Shown here: piece after piece, positions 50,230-62,161 of the stretch
Layout of the letters: every line of letters begins with the position of its first letter
Position numbering within the stretch: the first letter of the stretch is position 1
Assembly: GCA_044892525.1 (NCBI GenBank)
Contig: CM097888.1
Span: 91,016,001-91,080,000 of the forward strand
Source: Schmidtea polychroa
Taxonomy: Eukaryota
DNA: 64,000 nt
Reading direction: 5' to 3'
Program-made: the position numbers and the translations under genes
Notes under the pieces: generated by a model
What the model was told of the DNA's origin: nothing
Seen by the model: only the letters and a program-made list of their open reading frames with translations
The model's database searches: none

Positions 50230-53200
50230 CATAAAATTTACTTGAAGAATTACTCCAACCTGTTTCTCTCTTCGCGAGGATCCTTTCTCACTATATTTCA
50301 TAATTTAGGATACGTATCTTTGGTACCATTTTTGAACTCCACTTTAAGTTCTTCATTTCTACTTATTCCGGATAGCACTTCATCTAGCATTATATCTTTC
50401 TTCACAGTCACTGTAGGAATTTATAGTCCAATGTGGTATTTTCATAGTTAAATAATCTTCAAATATACTTTCAAATTCTGATTAAAGGACGTGTAGATAT
50501 TCAATGTAGACTGAAATGTTCTCATCGTTGCAGCTTATTTTCGTCAAATTGGAAAATTGAAAATAAATTTGCTGTCCAAGTTTTTTTCATTAATTTTATT
50601 ATCCCAAATAAGGATGCAATAATGGATTTTTTTTATTAAATTTAGACTATTTCCCGGCAGCTGAAGGTTAAATTCGTTTAATTTAGTATATATCTTTAGT
50701 TCCAGTGATGGGGGAACTTTTCATCGATTGGGCCATATTGTCCAATTTCGATTTGAGTGTTGGCCAAAAAAAATTATTTGTTAAAACATGAGTCATGCGA
50801 TATTAATTTTTATTTTTAATATGACACAATAATTAAGTCAAAACATTTTCCTTATTAAATAAATTTTACACATATATTTGTTATAAAAAAATGGAAATTA
50901 ATATATTTTTATCTTGATGGTACTTCCATACTGTTCAGTTCTATTCCATACTCTGAAAATAATACAAATAAATTTTTATTTTATTTTAAAAAAATCTTAC
51001 AATTACTAAAATTATATTGCTCTTATTTTTAGAAGAGGATGAAAAATGAAATTGTGATTGCTTTTCTATATATTCATCGAAGTTAGGCTCCATTTGAGAA
51101 CTTATTTTTAAAATTGAACCAAGGTGACTATCAGTAAGTCTATTTCGGACTAAAGTTTTTCTGAACTTCATTGTAGAAAATACTTGTTCACGTCAAAAAC
51201 ATACGTCCAAACATCGCCACGATTTTTTGTGCATGCAAAACCAAATTCGGGAATAATTTTTTATTCAAATTTTTATAACCTTCTAAATGTGGTACATTTA
51301 TAAGCATTTGCTTCAATTCAATATTATTGTGGAACTCAATTAATTCTATTTGAAATTTGGGTTCGACTTCTTCAGCATTTACCAAAAATGGAGTTAAAAA
51401 AATGTTTATATCATTTTCTATTTGTTTGAAATTTGCAAAACGTTTTTCAAATTCGTTATGTAATTGCAAAAGCTGTTCTGCATATAGTTTTAATTTATTA
51501 TCAGTAGGATTTCTTGTTAAAAGTTTAGGAAAATGAGTTAAATCATTTTTTAAGAGATGATTTTTGAAAAGTACTAAAAGGCTTTATATTACCACATAGC
51601 ACGTCAATAAATTGGTCTTTCCATTGAAGTTTTATATTTAGTTTATTTAAATAACTAAAAAAGTCAGTGAAAAAAGCGAAATCTGAAATCCAGTTATTAT
51701 CTTCAAACATTAAAGTTTTTTCTTTTTTATTAGCTTTCTCGAAAAACAAAATGATTTCATCTTTTAAGTGCGAAACCCTTTCGAATACCTTAACTGCACT
51801 TAACCATCGCACTTTTGTGTAATAAATCAGGTAGGAATATTCAGATTCTACAGATTGTAGAAAGTCTTGAAATTGTCTATGATTAAGTGCTCTGGAACGT
51901 ATAAAATTAATAACAGATACAATAATTTCAAGCACTTCTTTCACGTTAAGAGCTGTGTTGCATAAAGCGTCTTGATGATACAAAGTGATACAATGCAGAA
52001 ACACAACTAAAACTTCTGGATATTCTTTCTTGAAAGTTCATTTGAAACCAATATTTTTGCCAATCATATTTGTTGCACCATCAGTTGGAATATTAACTAA
52101 CTTATTATTAACTGAATATATCTAAACCTGTAGTTCTAGTTCCTTTTATAGATGGTAGAGAAAGTTGCTCTTCTATGTTATCGAAATTTTCATTTAGACC
52201 TCTTATAAATATTAGAAGCTGTGCAGTATTGCTGATATTGCTAATTTCGTCCATTGTTATAGAAAAAAAAAGTAAAAGTAGATTTTTTCAACAAACCCGA
52301 ATACAAATTTTCATCTATTTTTTTTATTCTTTCGGTAATAACCCTATGCGACAACGACACTGATTGAAAATCTTTTTTTCCTCATAGCGGATATAATCAC
52401 ACATTGCCAGCACACATTGTCTTTCACAAATTCGCCATAAAACGTCTTGTTAGCTTGAGCAATTTTAAACGTCACTGCATAACTTGCTTTTGTGGCTGAT
52501 TTTTGCGAAGCAGTCGTTTTAGTGAATAGATTACGTTGTGCACTAAGTGACTTTAATAGCTCATTAACTCGGGCTTCTTTTTCAATTTTAGTCAAAGCCA
52601 CATAAGAAGAAGAACCATGTCTTGTATTAAAATGTCTTGTAATGTTATATATCTTTAGGCACGTAAACATTTTCATTACATAACAAGCACAAATACATTG
52701 TAAAACAATATTTCCATTTCCATTCATCATTAAAGCTTCTATATTCCGAATCCTTCTTTCTTTTCTTACCTTCACTACTCATTTCAAATTTCACACAATT
52801 ATTTAATTTAAAAAAACGCACTTACATTTATATTATTCAAAAGTTTAAATAAAAATAATTGTAAACAGTTCTTCCATAAAAACTTCACCCAAAATGTAAT
52901 TAACTATGAATGCAAAATAACATGTTAAAACATTATTAAAATTATAAAATATTTGGAACTAAAATTTTGTAATTTCAAAATTTCAAAATTTTTGATCAAC
53001 TGAATATATAATTTTCGTTACGTTAAAACATTAAAAAATAAAAAAATATTAAAATTTTTATTTTAACTTTATCAAATATTCTGGATCGAAGAGTGAGCCA
53101 AATTGAAAGCTCTCGCGGGCCATAGTTCCCCCATCACTGATATATACATATGTTAAGTACGCAATATATGGTTTCTATTTTATTCGTTTTTCGTCAAAAA

Positions 53201-53600
53201 TGAAATCCTATGCATCCAAAAACTTTAAAACAGTTTCAAAAAGTCAAAAGAATCGTGAAACATAAGCCTATAAACAACAAACGTACTTCACTGTGGAAGT
53301 CCTCGTCTTTTTCGTCATATAGCTATGCAAATGACCAATTACTATTCAACATGTTACTTCGAATTTTGTAGAATGTCCTTATAACGAATCGAAGAGACTT
53401 GTGTAATATGCCACTAAGTTTTTTCGCAATTAAATGTTGTATGTGGATAAATCGCAAACACTCCGGATACCGGTTGCTTTAAATGGCTTATAAACACACG
53501 ATAGTGTTTAAACATTCTGGGGCTTAATCTGCTGCCGCCAATAATAAATTTGAAAAGTAGAATCCTTTTTCAATGAAAATCTCTTGAACATTAGATATCG
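50230..53600 (-). mobile_element. Decayed hAT (SCAND3/ZBED8-like Buster) transposase, split by a younger hAT
   Basis: Right of the insertion: FA*LYDEKDEDF..HSEVR...LFETVLKFLD...YIAYLT. Left of it: KLNEFNLQLPGNSLNLIKK...FEDILTMKIPHW...ISRNEELKVEFKNG..YPKL*NIVRK..RNRL. The two sides are colinear with this transposase family. Confidence 0.75.
50703..53139 (-). mobile_element. hAT transposon (GTF2IRD2/SPIN-like transposase, frameshifted) with perfect 15-bp TIRs
   Basis: TIR CAGTGATGGGGGAAC (50703-50717) and GTTCCCCCATCACTG (53125-53139). ORF pieces include KIYNITRHFNTRH, HCI..HQDALC, FIRSRALNHRQF, YYTKVRWLS, RNRLTDSHL. No clean 8-bp TSD. Confidence 0.9.
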
Positions 53601-54169
53601 ATTTGCCCTTATGTTAGGTTCGTAAGTGGGTTATACGACTTACACACTCACTCGATCTGACTTCAGGGATATGTGTTCGATAAATCAAAAGTTTTGATTC
53701 AAAACAATAGCTAGACTTTTACATAAAACTATTTATACATCTTATTTTGTTATTTAAAAACGTAAAAAAAATTATAAAAAATAATATATTTTAAAAATAG
53801 TAAAAAAAAGGAGAAGCAAAACAAAAGTTTAAAAACTATATATTTTTTTTAAATATATAATTTAAAATAAATTGAAAATAGATTAAAAACAAAATAATAA
53901 CTTTATAATTTATAATCCAATCTCGTAGACTCCCAAAATTGCTTGCGTAGATGTGAACCCCCTTTAGACCTTCATGAACTCTTGAGGGTCGATATAAACC
54001 ATTTTGAGAATGACTTAGTTAGATGGTCAATGTTTATACGACAGAACGGACATCACTTCACATGATTTGGAGGATTGAAGTCACAAGGTCACGAAGATTA
54101 AGATTATTTACACAATAAACATTTATTAATATTTTATTAGTTACAAAGATGTCAAAACTCTAATAACCT

Positions 54170-54600
54170 AAGCCCTTTAGTGACGCAGTCATCGTGCTTT
54201 AGTTTCATGATTCATCTTGGGGTTCCACCACAAGTGGTACTGTTGAGGCTGTGTGGACGGTTACAGATGCAGAAGACACAGTAATGGAAATCAGACCTTG
54301 GACTAGCGATGATTCGCTTCGGCTTGGTGGGAGTACTAAAGCATGAGTCGGCATGATCTCTAACAATTCGGGGTCCTCCAAGAGGGGTAGACGCTGGTTA
54401 AGTTGGTTTTCAGTATATGTCCGACAGAGTAATAAGTGATGCTACTTCATAAAGTTACTTTGAACACGACTTTTGCTAATCAAGTCATCCCTAAATTTCT
54501 CCAGGCGAGCTACTTTGTCAGATAAGGCTTGGAACAAAGACAAAAATAGAAATAAAATTACATAGATTGTCCTTGTCCGATACATGTCTACAACGAAACT
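54170..54600 (-). other. Possible spliced exons of an unidentified host gene
   Basis: Higher GC than surroundings. Open segments such as ALSDKVARLEKFRDDLISKSRVQ and an S/T/P-rich frame are separated by short GT..AG candidates. No family recognised. Confidence 0.3.
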
Positions 54601-54849
54601 GGATAATTCAAAAATGTAATTCAATGGTCAACTACAGTGTTAAATAAAACTAGAAGTCGAATTCAAATTATATTCAAAAATTATATCAATATCGGTTTGA
54701 CTAAACAAATCATTAAATTGACGATTAAGCATTTCTAAATAACAATAATAATTATGTACGCCATAATATAATACGAATATAATACTTTAATATATGTATA
54801 TGTTAATTTCTTAATAGTAATAATTCAGATGTAATTTATTATTATAATA

Positions 54850-57800
54850 TTATATTGTGCTAATAATTAAATCTTCCTCACATCCCCCCTGTTTAAAAGG
54901 CTTTAGCCATTCTACATTTCGAATCATTGTTTTACCTTCTTTATCCATAAGTTCGTAACTTCTATCATGTAGTTTTTTTATCACTCGAAAAGGTCCTCTG
55001 TATCTATCATCTTCTTTTTTTCTTGTGTCTATCTTTACTAAAACGTTGTCATCTATTTTAAATTCTCTATTAATTCTATCTGCGTTTCTGTACTTAACAT
55101 TTCTTTGCTTTTCTTGTATCTCTTCAATGATTCTAATTCGGTCATTAGTAACTTCCTTTTTGTTTTGCCATTCTCTTGTTATTCGAAACCCAAATACTAT
55201 TTCCGCTGGACTTTTCCCTAATGTACTTTGTACGGTTGCGTTCAAAGCAAATTCAATTTCTGGTAATACCTCTACCCAATTGCTTTTTAATCTATCTTTA
55301 ATTGAGGTACTCATGAAATCTCTTATTGTTCGAAATTGCCGTTCTATTAATCCATTTGCACTATGATGGTATGGACTTGAAAATTGAAGCATTATGTTAT
55401 GGGTTTTAGCTAATTCTTTCATCACACCTGATTCAAATGTCTTCCCACAATCTACTTGAATTATCCTAGGAGAACCGTATTTTAGAATCCAAAATTTCAT
55501 TATTGTGTCCGCTGTTGTTTTCTCATCTTGCTTAGAAACTGCTGTAAGAGAAATATATCGAGTGCACATATCAATAATTCCTAAAATATACTTTTTCCCA
55601 TGTACACTTGTTTTCAAAGGTCCACAAAAATCTATAGCAATTGTTTCAAACGGTTTCGACACTTCCGTTTTTAGTATAGTTTCCTTTGTTTTAGTTGTTA
55701 GTGTTTTTCTTTTTTGACATAATTCACAATTTTGAATAATTTCTGTAGTTATCATTTGTAATTCATCCATGTCATAATTTACTTTTATGTAGTCAATCAC
55801 TTTTTTGCAACCTGCGTGGCATAGGATTTTATGCATTTCTTTGATAAATTTTTCGCGATTGTTTTTAGGAATCCAAATTTTATTTTCTTTTGTCATGATA
55901 ACATCATCATCAATCTTAAATTTAGTTTTTACATTTTTCATGATTAATTCTTTTTGATTTTCTATCTCAACATTACCCTTTTGCCAAATCACACCTTGCT
56001 TAACAGCTGTCATTGTTAAAAGTCTTGTTTTCATTTTTTCTGTTTTAGGATTTTCATGAACTTCCATACATTGAGTACATCGTCCACACTTATCTCGGGA
56101 TAATGCATCTGCATTGGTATGTTCCATACCTTTTCTAAATGAAATATCCATATCCAAACTGCTAAGAAAATTTATCCAAGTTTGGAATTGTGCCGTGATT
56201 GGCTTTTTTGTTGCCATCATGAATGTTATTGCTTTATGGTCCGTTCTTAATTTAAATTTTTTCCCATACAAATAATGTTTAAAATGTTGAGTAAAATAAT
56301 AAATGGCCAATAACTCCTTCCTTGTTATACAATAACCTATTTCATGCTTATTCATTGAATGCGAACCATATGCAATTACTCGCTCATGTCCCTGTTCGTC
56401 TAACTGTGATAAAACCGCACCAATTGTGTCAAAACTTGCATCAGTGTCCAAAATAAATTCTTTCTGAAAGTTAGGGTATATTAATACTGGTGTTTTCGAT
56501 AATGCATTTTTTAATTCTTCAAATGCTTCTTCACATTTTTCTGACCATATAAGTTTTTCATTAGTCGTACCACATATAGACTCTAATATTCGTGAAAACA
56601 TTGAATAATTTTTTATAAATTTTCTATAATAATTACACAACCCCAAAAAACTTCTTAGTTGTTTCAAACATTGAGGTCTTACAAAATTTTTAATTGCTTC
56701 AATTTTATTTTCATCCACTTTCACACCTTCATTATTAATTATATGGCCTAAAGATTTTGTCTCATTTGTTAAAAATATACATTTTTCTGGATTTACTCGT
56801 AATCCCGCTTCCTTAATTTTCATTAATACTTCATTTATTCTTTTAAAATGCTCTTCTTTATTTGTAGAAAATATTAATATGTCATCCAAATATACAATAG
56901 CTGTATTCCACAGAAGTTTTCCTAAAACCATATTCATTAGTTTTTGAAATGTAGCCGGTGCCGCAGCAATTCCAAAAGGCATTCTATTAAAACAGTACTG
57001 TCCGCTCCTTGTTGAAAATGCGGTTTTTTCTTGTGAATTATTTGTTAACTCCACTTGATAATATGCACTTCCAAGATCTATAGTACTAAAAAACTTGGAT
57101 CCATTGAGTGAATCTAACATTTGTTCAATATTAGGCATTGGAAATATTTGTCTTTCTGTTATTTTATTTAGGTTTCTAAAATCCAAACACAATCTGATGT
57201 CATTCTTTTCTTTTTTCCAAACACATACCAATGGAGTATTCCAACTCGAATCACATTTCCTAATAATACCATTTTCTTCCAAATTTTTTATAGCTTCCTC
57301 AATTTTTTCTTCTAAATGAGCCGGTTGTCGTCTAGGGTTCATGTAAATTGGGCCCTCAGTAGTTTTGATTTCGTGCCATAATAAATCTGTTTTTCCAATG
57401 TCCCATTTATCAGCCATAAAAACTTCTTTATTTTCATTAATTATCTGATACATTTTATCTCCTTTTTTTAAATCAAATAATTTTATTGCTCGACTAAATC
57501 TTTTCTCATCATTATATGAGTTGCTAAATCTTGCCTCAATATTACAAATTTCATTAAAATTATTTTCTATTTCCGTATTTTCAGTTATACTATCGTTTAT
57601 TTTCATTAACTTGATGTTGAATTGACGAAGTAAATCTATCCCACCAATAATTGACGGTGAAACCTTTTTAACATCAACAAAAATCACATTCTCTTCTTTG
57701 TTACCGATTTGAATCTTCAATTTAACATTGCCAAATGTTTCCAATGGACTGCCATTTGCACACCAAATTCCTTCATTGTGAGGTTTAATATCTATCTCAC

Positions 57801-57915
57801 CTATTTCTTTGATGATCGAGCTATCTATTACATTCATTCTAGCCCCCGTATCCAATAGACAATGTTTGAAATAAATCCTATTAATCCCAACTATTACGCT
57901 TGGTCTTCCACCCAT
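54850..57915 (-). CDS. pol: Pol polyprotein (protease-RT-RNase H-integrase), 1021 aa open frame
   Basis: LLDTGA, RMPFG, YLDD, LDTDAS, RTDHK, H-x4-H..C-x2-C, AIDF..VDCG..LIER. The same frame extends upstream to ~58450 through one TAA at 57933-57931. Confidence 0.95.
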   Translation of the reverse strand: MGGRPSVIVGINRIYFKHCLLDTGARMNVIDSSIIKEIGEIDIKPHNEGIWCANGSPLETFGNVKLKIQIGNKEENVIFVDVKKVSPSIIGGIDLLRQFNIKLMKINDSITENTEIENNFNEICNIEARFSNSYNDEKRFSRAIKLFDLKKGDKMYQIINENKEVFMADKWDIGKTDLLWHEIKTTEGPIYMNPRRQPAHLEEKIEEAIKNLEENGIIRKCDSSWNTPLVCVWKKEKNDIRLCLDFRNLNKITERQIFPMPNIEQMLDSLNGSKFFSTIDLGSAYYQVELTNNSQEKTAFSTRSGQYCFNRMPFGIAAAPATFQKLMNMVLGKLLWNTAIVYLDDILIFSTNKEEHFKRINEVLMKIKEAGLRVNPEKCIFLTNETKSLGHIINNEGVKVDENKIEAIKNFVRPQCLKQLRSFLGLCNYYRKFIKNYSMFSRILESICGTTNEKLIWSEKCEEAFEELKNALSKTPVLIYPNFQKEFILDTDASFDTIGAVLSQLDEQGHERVIAYGSHSMNKHEIGYCITRKELLAIYYFTQHFKHYLYGKKFKLRTDHKAITFMMATKKPITAQFQTWINFLSSLDMDISFRKGMEHTNADALSRDKCGRCTQCMEVHENPKTEKMKTRLLTMTAVKQGVIWQKGNVEIENQKELIMKNVKTKFKIDDDVIMTKENKIWIPKNNREKFIKEMHKILCHAGCKKVIDYIKVNYDMDELQMITTEIIQNCELCQKRKTLTTKTKETILKTEVSKPFETIAIDFCGPLKTSVHGKKYILGIIDMCTRYISLTAVSKQDEKTTADTIMKFWILKYGSPRIIQVDCGKTFESGVMKELAKTHNIMLQFSSPYHHSANGLIERQFRTIRDFMSTSIKDRLKSNWVEVLPEIEFALNATVQSTLGKSPAEIVFGFRITREWQNKKEVTNDRIRIIEEIQEKQRNVKYRNADRINREFKIDDNVLVKIDTRKKEDDRYRGPFRVIKKLHDRSYELMDKEGKTMIRNVEWLKPFKQGGCEEDLIISTI

Positions 57916-58397
57916 CTTATCATATACAATTTATAAATCGTCATTTAAAACAGAAATATTATTTATATGTTTATCCAATGTTCCGTCATAAACAAACCTT
58001 TTACTGCTATTTATTAATTTTGCCTCACAAATACTTATTATCTTCTTACAATTCTGATCACATTTATTTTCAATTACATTAATTTTATCACGCATCCAAT
58101 TACAATCATTAATATCAGTTTTATCTCTTACGTCATATATAATCTTACTGTTACTCTGATTATCTTCCTTTATTACATCATATTTTTTTAATTTACTTTT
58201 CACGTTTTTAATACGATCTTCTAAAATTACATCTGATTTAAATCTAATATTTTTTACCTTTAAATTTGATTTAGATATACTGTCTAAATTATTATTACTA
58301 CTTTTAAAATTATACATACTGTCTAAATTACTATTACTATTATTATTAAAAAATATACTATACTTATCTTGGCGCACACAATCATCATTATTACCTT

Positions 58398-59561
58398 TTA
58401 ATGCATGGCTCCTATCATCTCGCCTAATGATGGAGCCCTCCCATTTGGGTGTCCATCACTTCGGGTAGACTGAGAATCCTCCGCTTCGTTTCCGCGGTCT
58501 TCCATAGCTGCCACTCTTCCATCGGCATATCTGTCTTGATATCGTCTGTTATCCTCGTAATTTCTAGATTGGTTTCTTCCTGATGATCGTGTGTCTGCTA
58601 TTCCCCAACATTGAAACCGCAAATGACCACGTTTTCCACATCCTGAGCATGAAATCAATGGACATTCTCCCCGGTGATGGCCAGATTCCTTACAAGCGTT
58701 GCATCTCAATTCTGAATTTATCTTGTTATTTTTACATTCTCTAATCATGTGTCCTTCTTTTCCACATCCATAACACTTCTTTTTTGGGCATTCTCGACTC
58801 GAATGTCCTAGTTCTTGACAATTCCAACATGTAACAACGCGACTTCCACTTGCTCTGTTGTCTCTATGGTAATACTGTTGATTAGTATTCCTTCCAGAAT
58901 CGAAGCTTTGAGCGTGCGGAATAGAATTGAATCTTGGTTCAAAATTTCGTCTTTCTTGAACATTCGAAAAATTGCGTTGTCGATCTTGTATATCGGCAAA
59001 TCCTTGTCGTTTCTTTATTACGTTTGCGAACGTTTCTTTTCTTTGCATAACTGCAATACTAGAAACTTCAATGTTGATAGCATCAACTTTACGAATTACG
59101 TCCTTGATCTCTTCGACTTTTAAAGCATCTCGCATCTTGATCTCTTTTTGGATTTCTTTGTCTTTGACACAATGTATCAAAAAATAAGCGACTAATTCGT
59201 TTTTATCCCACTTGTGTTTCAATACTTTGTCGACCATTTTCTCAATCTTTTCGAAAAACACTGGCGCTGCATCGTTATCTTTCTCATAATTGTATAAGTT
59301 CAGAAAATCGCCTATCAGTGTTGACGGCTTCTTGAAAGCTTCTCTGAGTCTATCTTCAAAATTAATAAATTTGACATCGACGGCTTCATAAATCGGTAAA
59401 ATATCTCTTGAAATAAGGCATTTTATCATCATATTTTGGTTATCTTGATCTAACCCACATAACTGAAAATATCGCTTACATTCTTCAATGAAAGTTTCGA
59501 TTTCGTGTCTTCCGTCGTAAACATCCGGAATCATCTTATTCACTATTGCCAGGGTCGCCAT
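58398..59561 (-). CDS. gag: Gag (387 aa) with four CCHC zinc knuckles
   Basis: Open ORF containing CWNCQELGHSSREC, CYGCGKEGHMIREC, CNACKESGHHRGEC, CSGCGKRGHLRFQC. Confidence 0.93.
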   Translation of the reverse strand: MATLAIVNKMIPDVYDGRHEIETFIEECKRYFQLCGLDQDNQNMMIKCLISRDILPIYEAVDVKFINFEDRLREAFKKPSTLIGDFLNLYNYEKDNDAAPVFFEKIEKMVDKVLKHKWDKNELVAYFLIHCVKDKEIQKEIKMRDALKVEEIKDVIRKVDAINIEVSSIAVMQRKETFANVIKKRQGFADIQDRQRNFSNVQERRNFEPRFNSIPHAQSFDSGRNTNQQYYHRDNRASGSRVVTCWNCQELGHSSRECPKKKCYGCGKEGHMIRECKNNKINSELRCNACKESGHHRGECPLISCSGCGKRGHLRFQCWGIADTRSSGRNQSRNYEDNRRYQDRYADGRVAAMEDRGNEAEDSQSTRSDGHPNGRAPSLGEMIGAMH

Positions 59562-59952
59562 GTTAAATAAAACTAGAAGTCGAATTCAAATTATATTCAA
59601 AAATTATATCAATATCGGTTTGACTAAACAAATCATTAAATTGACGATTAAGCATTTCTAAATAACAATAATAATTATGAACGCCATAATATAATACGAA
59701 TATAATACTTTAATATATGTATATGTTAATTTCTTAATAGTAATAATTCAGATGTAATTTATTATTATAATATTATATTGTGCTAATAATTAAATCTTCC
59801 TCACATACAGAAAGACATTAAAACAAAATCGTAAATTATGCCTTTGTTCACCATTTATTTTTCAAGAAAATTGATTCTGTAGATATTTATTTGGAGGTAA
59901 AATATGAATTAAAGAATACTATTAATAATATATCGTACTTTACTCTGTATAG

Positions 59953-59953
<1 letters not shown>

Positions 59954-60008
<55 letters not shown>
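59954..60008. repeat. (TA)n microsatellite
   Basis: Directly visible. Confidence 0.98.
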
Positions 60009-60010
<2 letters not shown>

Positions 60011-60212
60011 CGGTTAAACTAATTACTATTTTATTCGGTTGTTTTATTAATTCAAATTGGGAAAGGTTTAATTACAATATTCGAAATTTCCAAACTGATA
60101 GTTATTTACAGTTAGTATGACGCAAATTTGAGAATTAGAAATATCAACTATTAGTTGCATAAAGCAATAAAGTGATAATTTAAGCCTTTTGCTGCGAAAT
60201 TTTTTTCATTAA

Positions 60213-60451
60213 CACTAGATTTACGGGTAAAAATACCCGTAAAAATAGGTATACCTAATTCAATATATGAAATGAGGGAGTCGGTAGATTAGAGTAATTA
60301 ATATTTTCCTATATTTCATGATGTATCTGAAAACCAACATATGAATTCAAAAAATAATTATTCAGTAATATATATATATATGTAGAAACAGAATTTTAAA
60401 TGAGTCAAATTGTCTCAGTCCGTCAAATTGACGGGTTCCGTAAATCTAGTG
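60213..60451. mobile_element. piggyBac-type MITE (239 bp)
   Basis: TTAA|CACTAGATTTACGG ... CCGTAAATCTAGTG|TTAA: perfect 14-bp TIRs with TTAA on both sides. Confidence 0.85.
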
Positions 60452-62161
60452 TTAAATACATTATTCACACCAAAAGGCTTAAATGCTGCTACCAAGAAAT
60501 TATCACTTTATATTAGTTGCATAGTTATAAGTAAGAAAAACTGGCATTCCGATGTCATGATGATAAAAGATATTGGTTCAATTGCAATGAAAGCTATGCC
60601 GACGCTTATTATCAAAAGGAGACATAAACATATCCAAATTGTTTTATCAAGAAATGAATGCCAATCGAAATAATCAGAATCCTTCCAACATTTTGATAAA
60701 TATATATATCTGCATTTAAAGTTAAAGTTAAAGTGAAGGACACTGGATCCGAATGAGTCTGGAAATTAATAAATCTCAATGGTTCTCAACTTTGTTTTCG
60801 GGTTCCATCCAACTGTACAAGGCCAACGTCACTACTGATGAATACTGTTTGCTCTGACTACCGTTTGATTGGGCTTGTGACAGTTACAATTGAACTATAG
60901 TAATGTTTCCGAACTTTTTAAAAATATCTGTTGCAAAAAAGAAAAATTGCTTTGCATGCTGTAATGAGCTGTCCACATTATTAGCTGAAAATCTTGAAAC
61001 TTGCTTTTAAGTTCTGAAATAATTTTTTATTCTAACTTGTGACCCATAAATTGAATAACCTCCTAACAAATATATTTTGATCCTTATGTTGTAATTGACA
61101 TGAAAATGCAACTATTGACGGTTTGTACAAAGTGTATGCGATTTGTGTAAATCTATAATATTATGATGGAAACAATAGCTTCTAAACAACAGCAAATAAA
61201 CAATTAGGAAATAAATGACGTCCCTAAAACCCAAAAGCTATTATACATCGGTAAGGACATATAACAAGCGATGGACGATGACTTAGATTGATATTGTGGT
61301 CTTACAGCCAAAAGAGTTATCAGAGGTCATGGTAAGTCAATTCGGATAAACCTATAAGAGAGATGTCATCTTATAAAATTGTCAATCATATTTCTTGATG
61401 AGCAGAAGAACATCTGGGATCAAAGTTTTCGGATTTGAAGAAACCAATTTCCACTGAGAAGGCACCTACTTCAATCGTGTTGCTGTAAGCGGTTAAATGT
61501 TGCTGTATGGGGTTAAATGTTGCTGTATGAGGTTACATGTTAGTAATTGAAGTTATATATCTTCATAGTCTTCCACCAAACAAATCAATTAATAGTGTTT
61601 GATTCGCAGGAAAGAGGTTTGAATCCGCATAAATTCTTTATTTTTATGATCTTGTTTTGAATTTTAAAATTATTATGCATGAAAAAATACTTTTTATGTG
61701 CAATGTAAATTCTATATTTAAAAATGAATTGAATTAAATGTTAGATTATAATAATCAAAAGTGGAAAATTATATTTAAATGACTTTAGTGTGATAAAACT
61801 AAAACTTAAAATAATGTTAAAATTATCCCTACTAAACAACTTTTAAAAATATTTTTCATTTATTTTTAAAAAGTCATATTAAGAATTTTTATTTTTTACT
61901 TCAAATCTTTAATGAATTAAGCTGCAAATTGAAATTAGCAAATAAGAAAAGTTTAAAAATTAAAATTATAAATATATTTTTAAATTTATGAAATGAATTT
62001 ATGCATAAAAAATTGAGTAAAAATATAAATTTAGTTCATAAATGATAAAAATCAAAAATTAAAATTGAGTTACATAAAAAATTTAAATTTCAAATAATCT
62101 TAGATTAAAATTGTTTAAATTATTAACATTAATTTAGAATAAATTTTTTGAATCTAATAAT

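Larger units (their letters stand above)
54638..59805 (-). mobile_element. Young full-length Ty3/gypsy LTR retrotransposon (5168 bp)
   Basis: LTRs 59561-59805 and 54638-54882 (245 bp, TG..CA, one visible mismatch). 5-bp TSD TACAG at 54633-54637 and 59806-59810. PBS TGGCGACCCTGGCA. PPT AGGGGGGA at 54883-54890. Confidence 0.98.

Noticed and set aside
57931-58377. Extra (env-like or accessory) ORF in the gypsy element
   Set aside because: It is in the pol frame and is contiguous with protease in the related element, so it is the pol N-terminus cut off by one stop.
60600-61500. Moderately GC-rich segments that might be exons or a transposase relic
   Set aside because: All frames are interrupted and no motif could be assigned with confidence.
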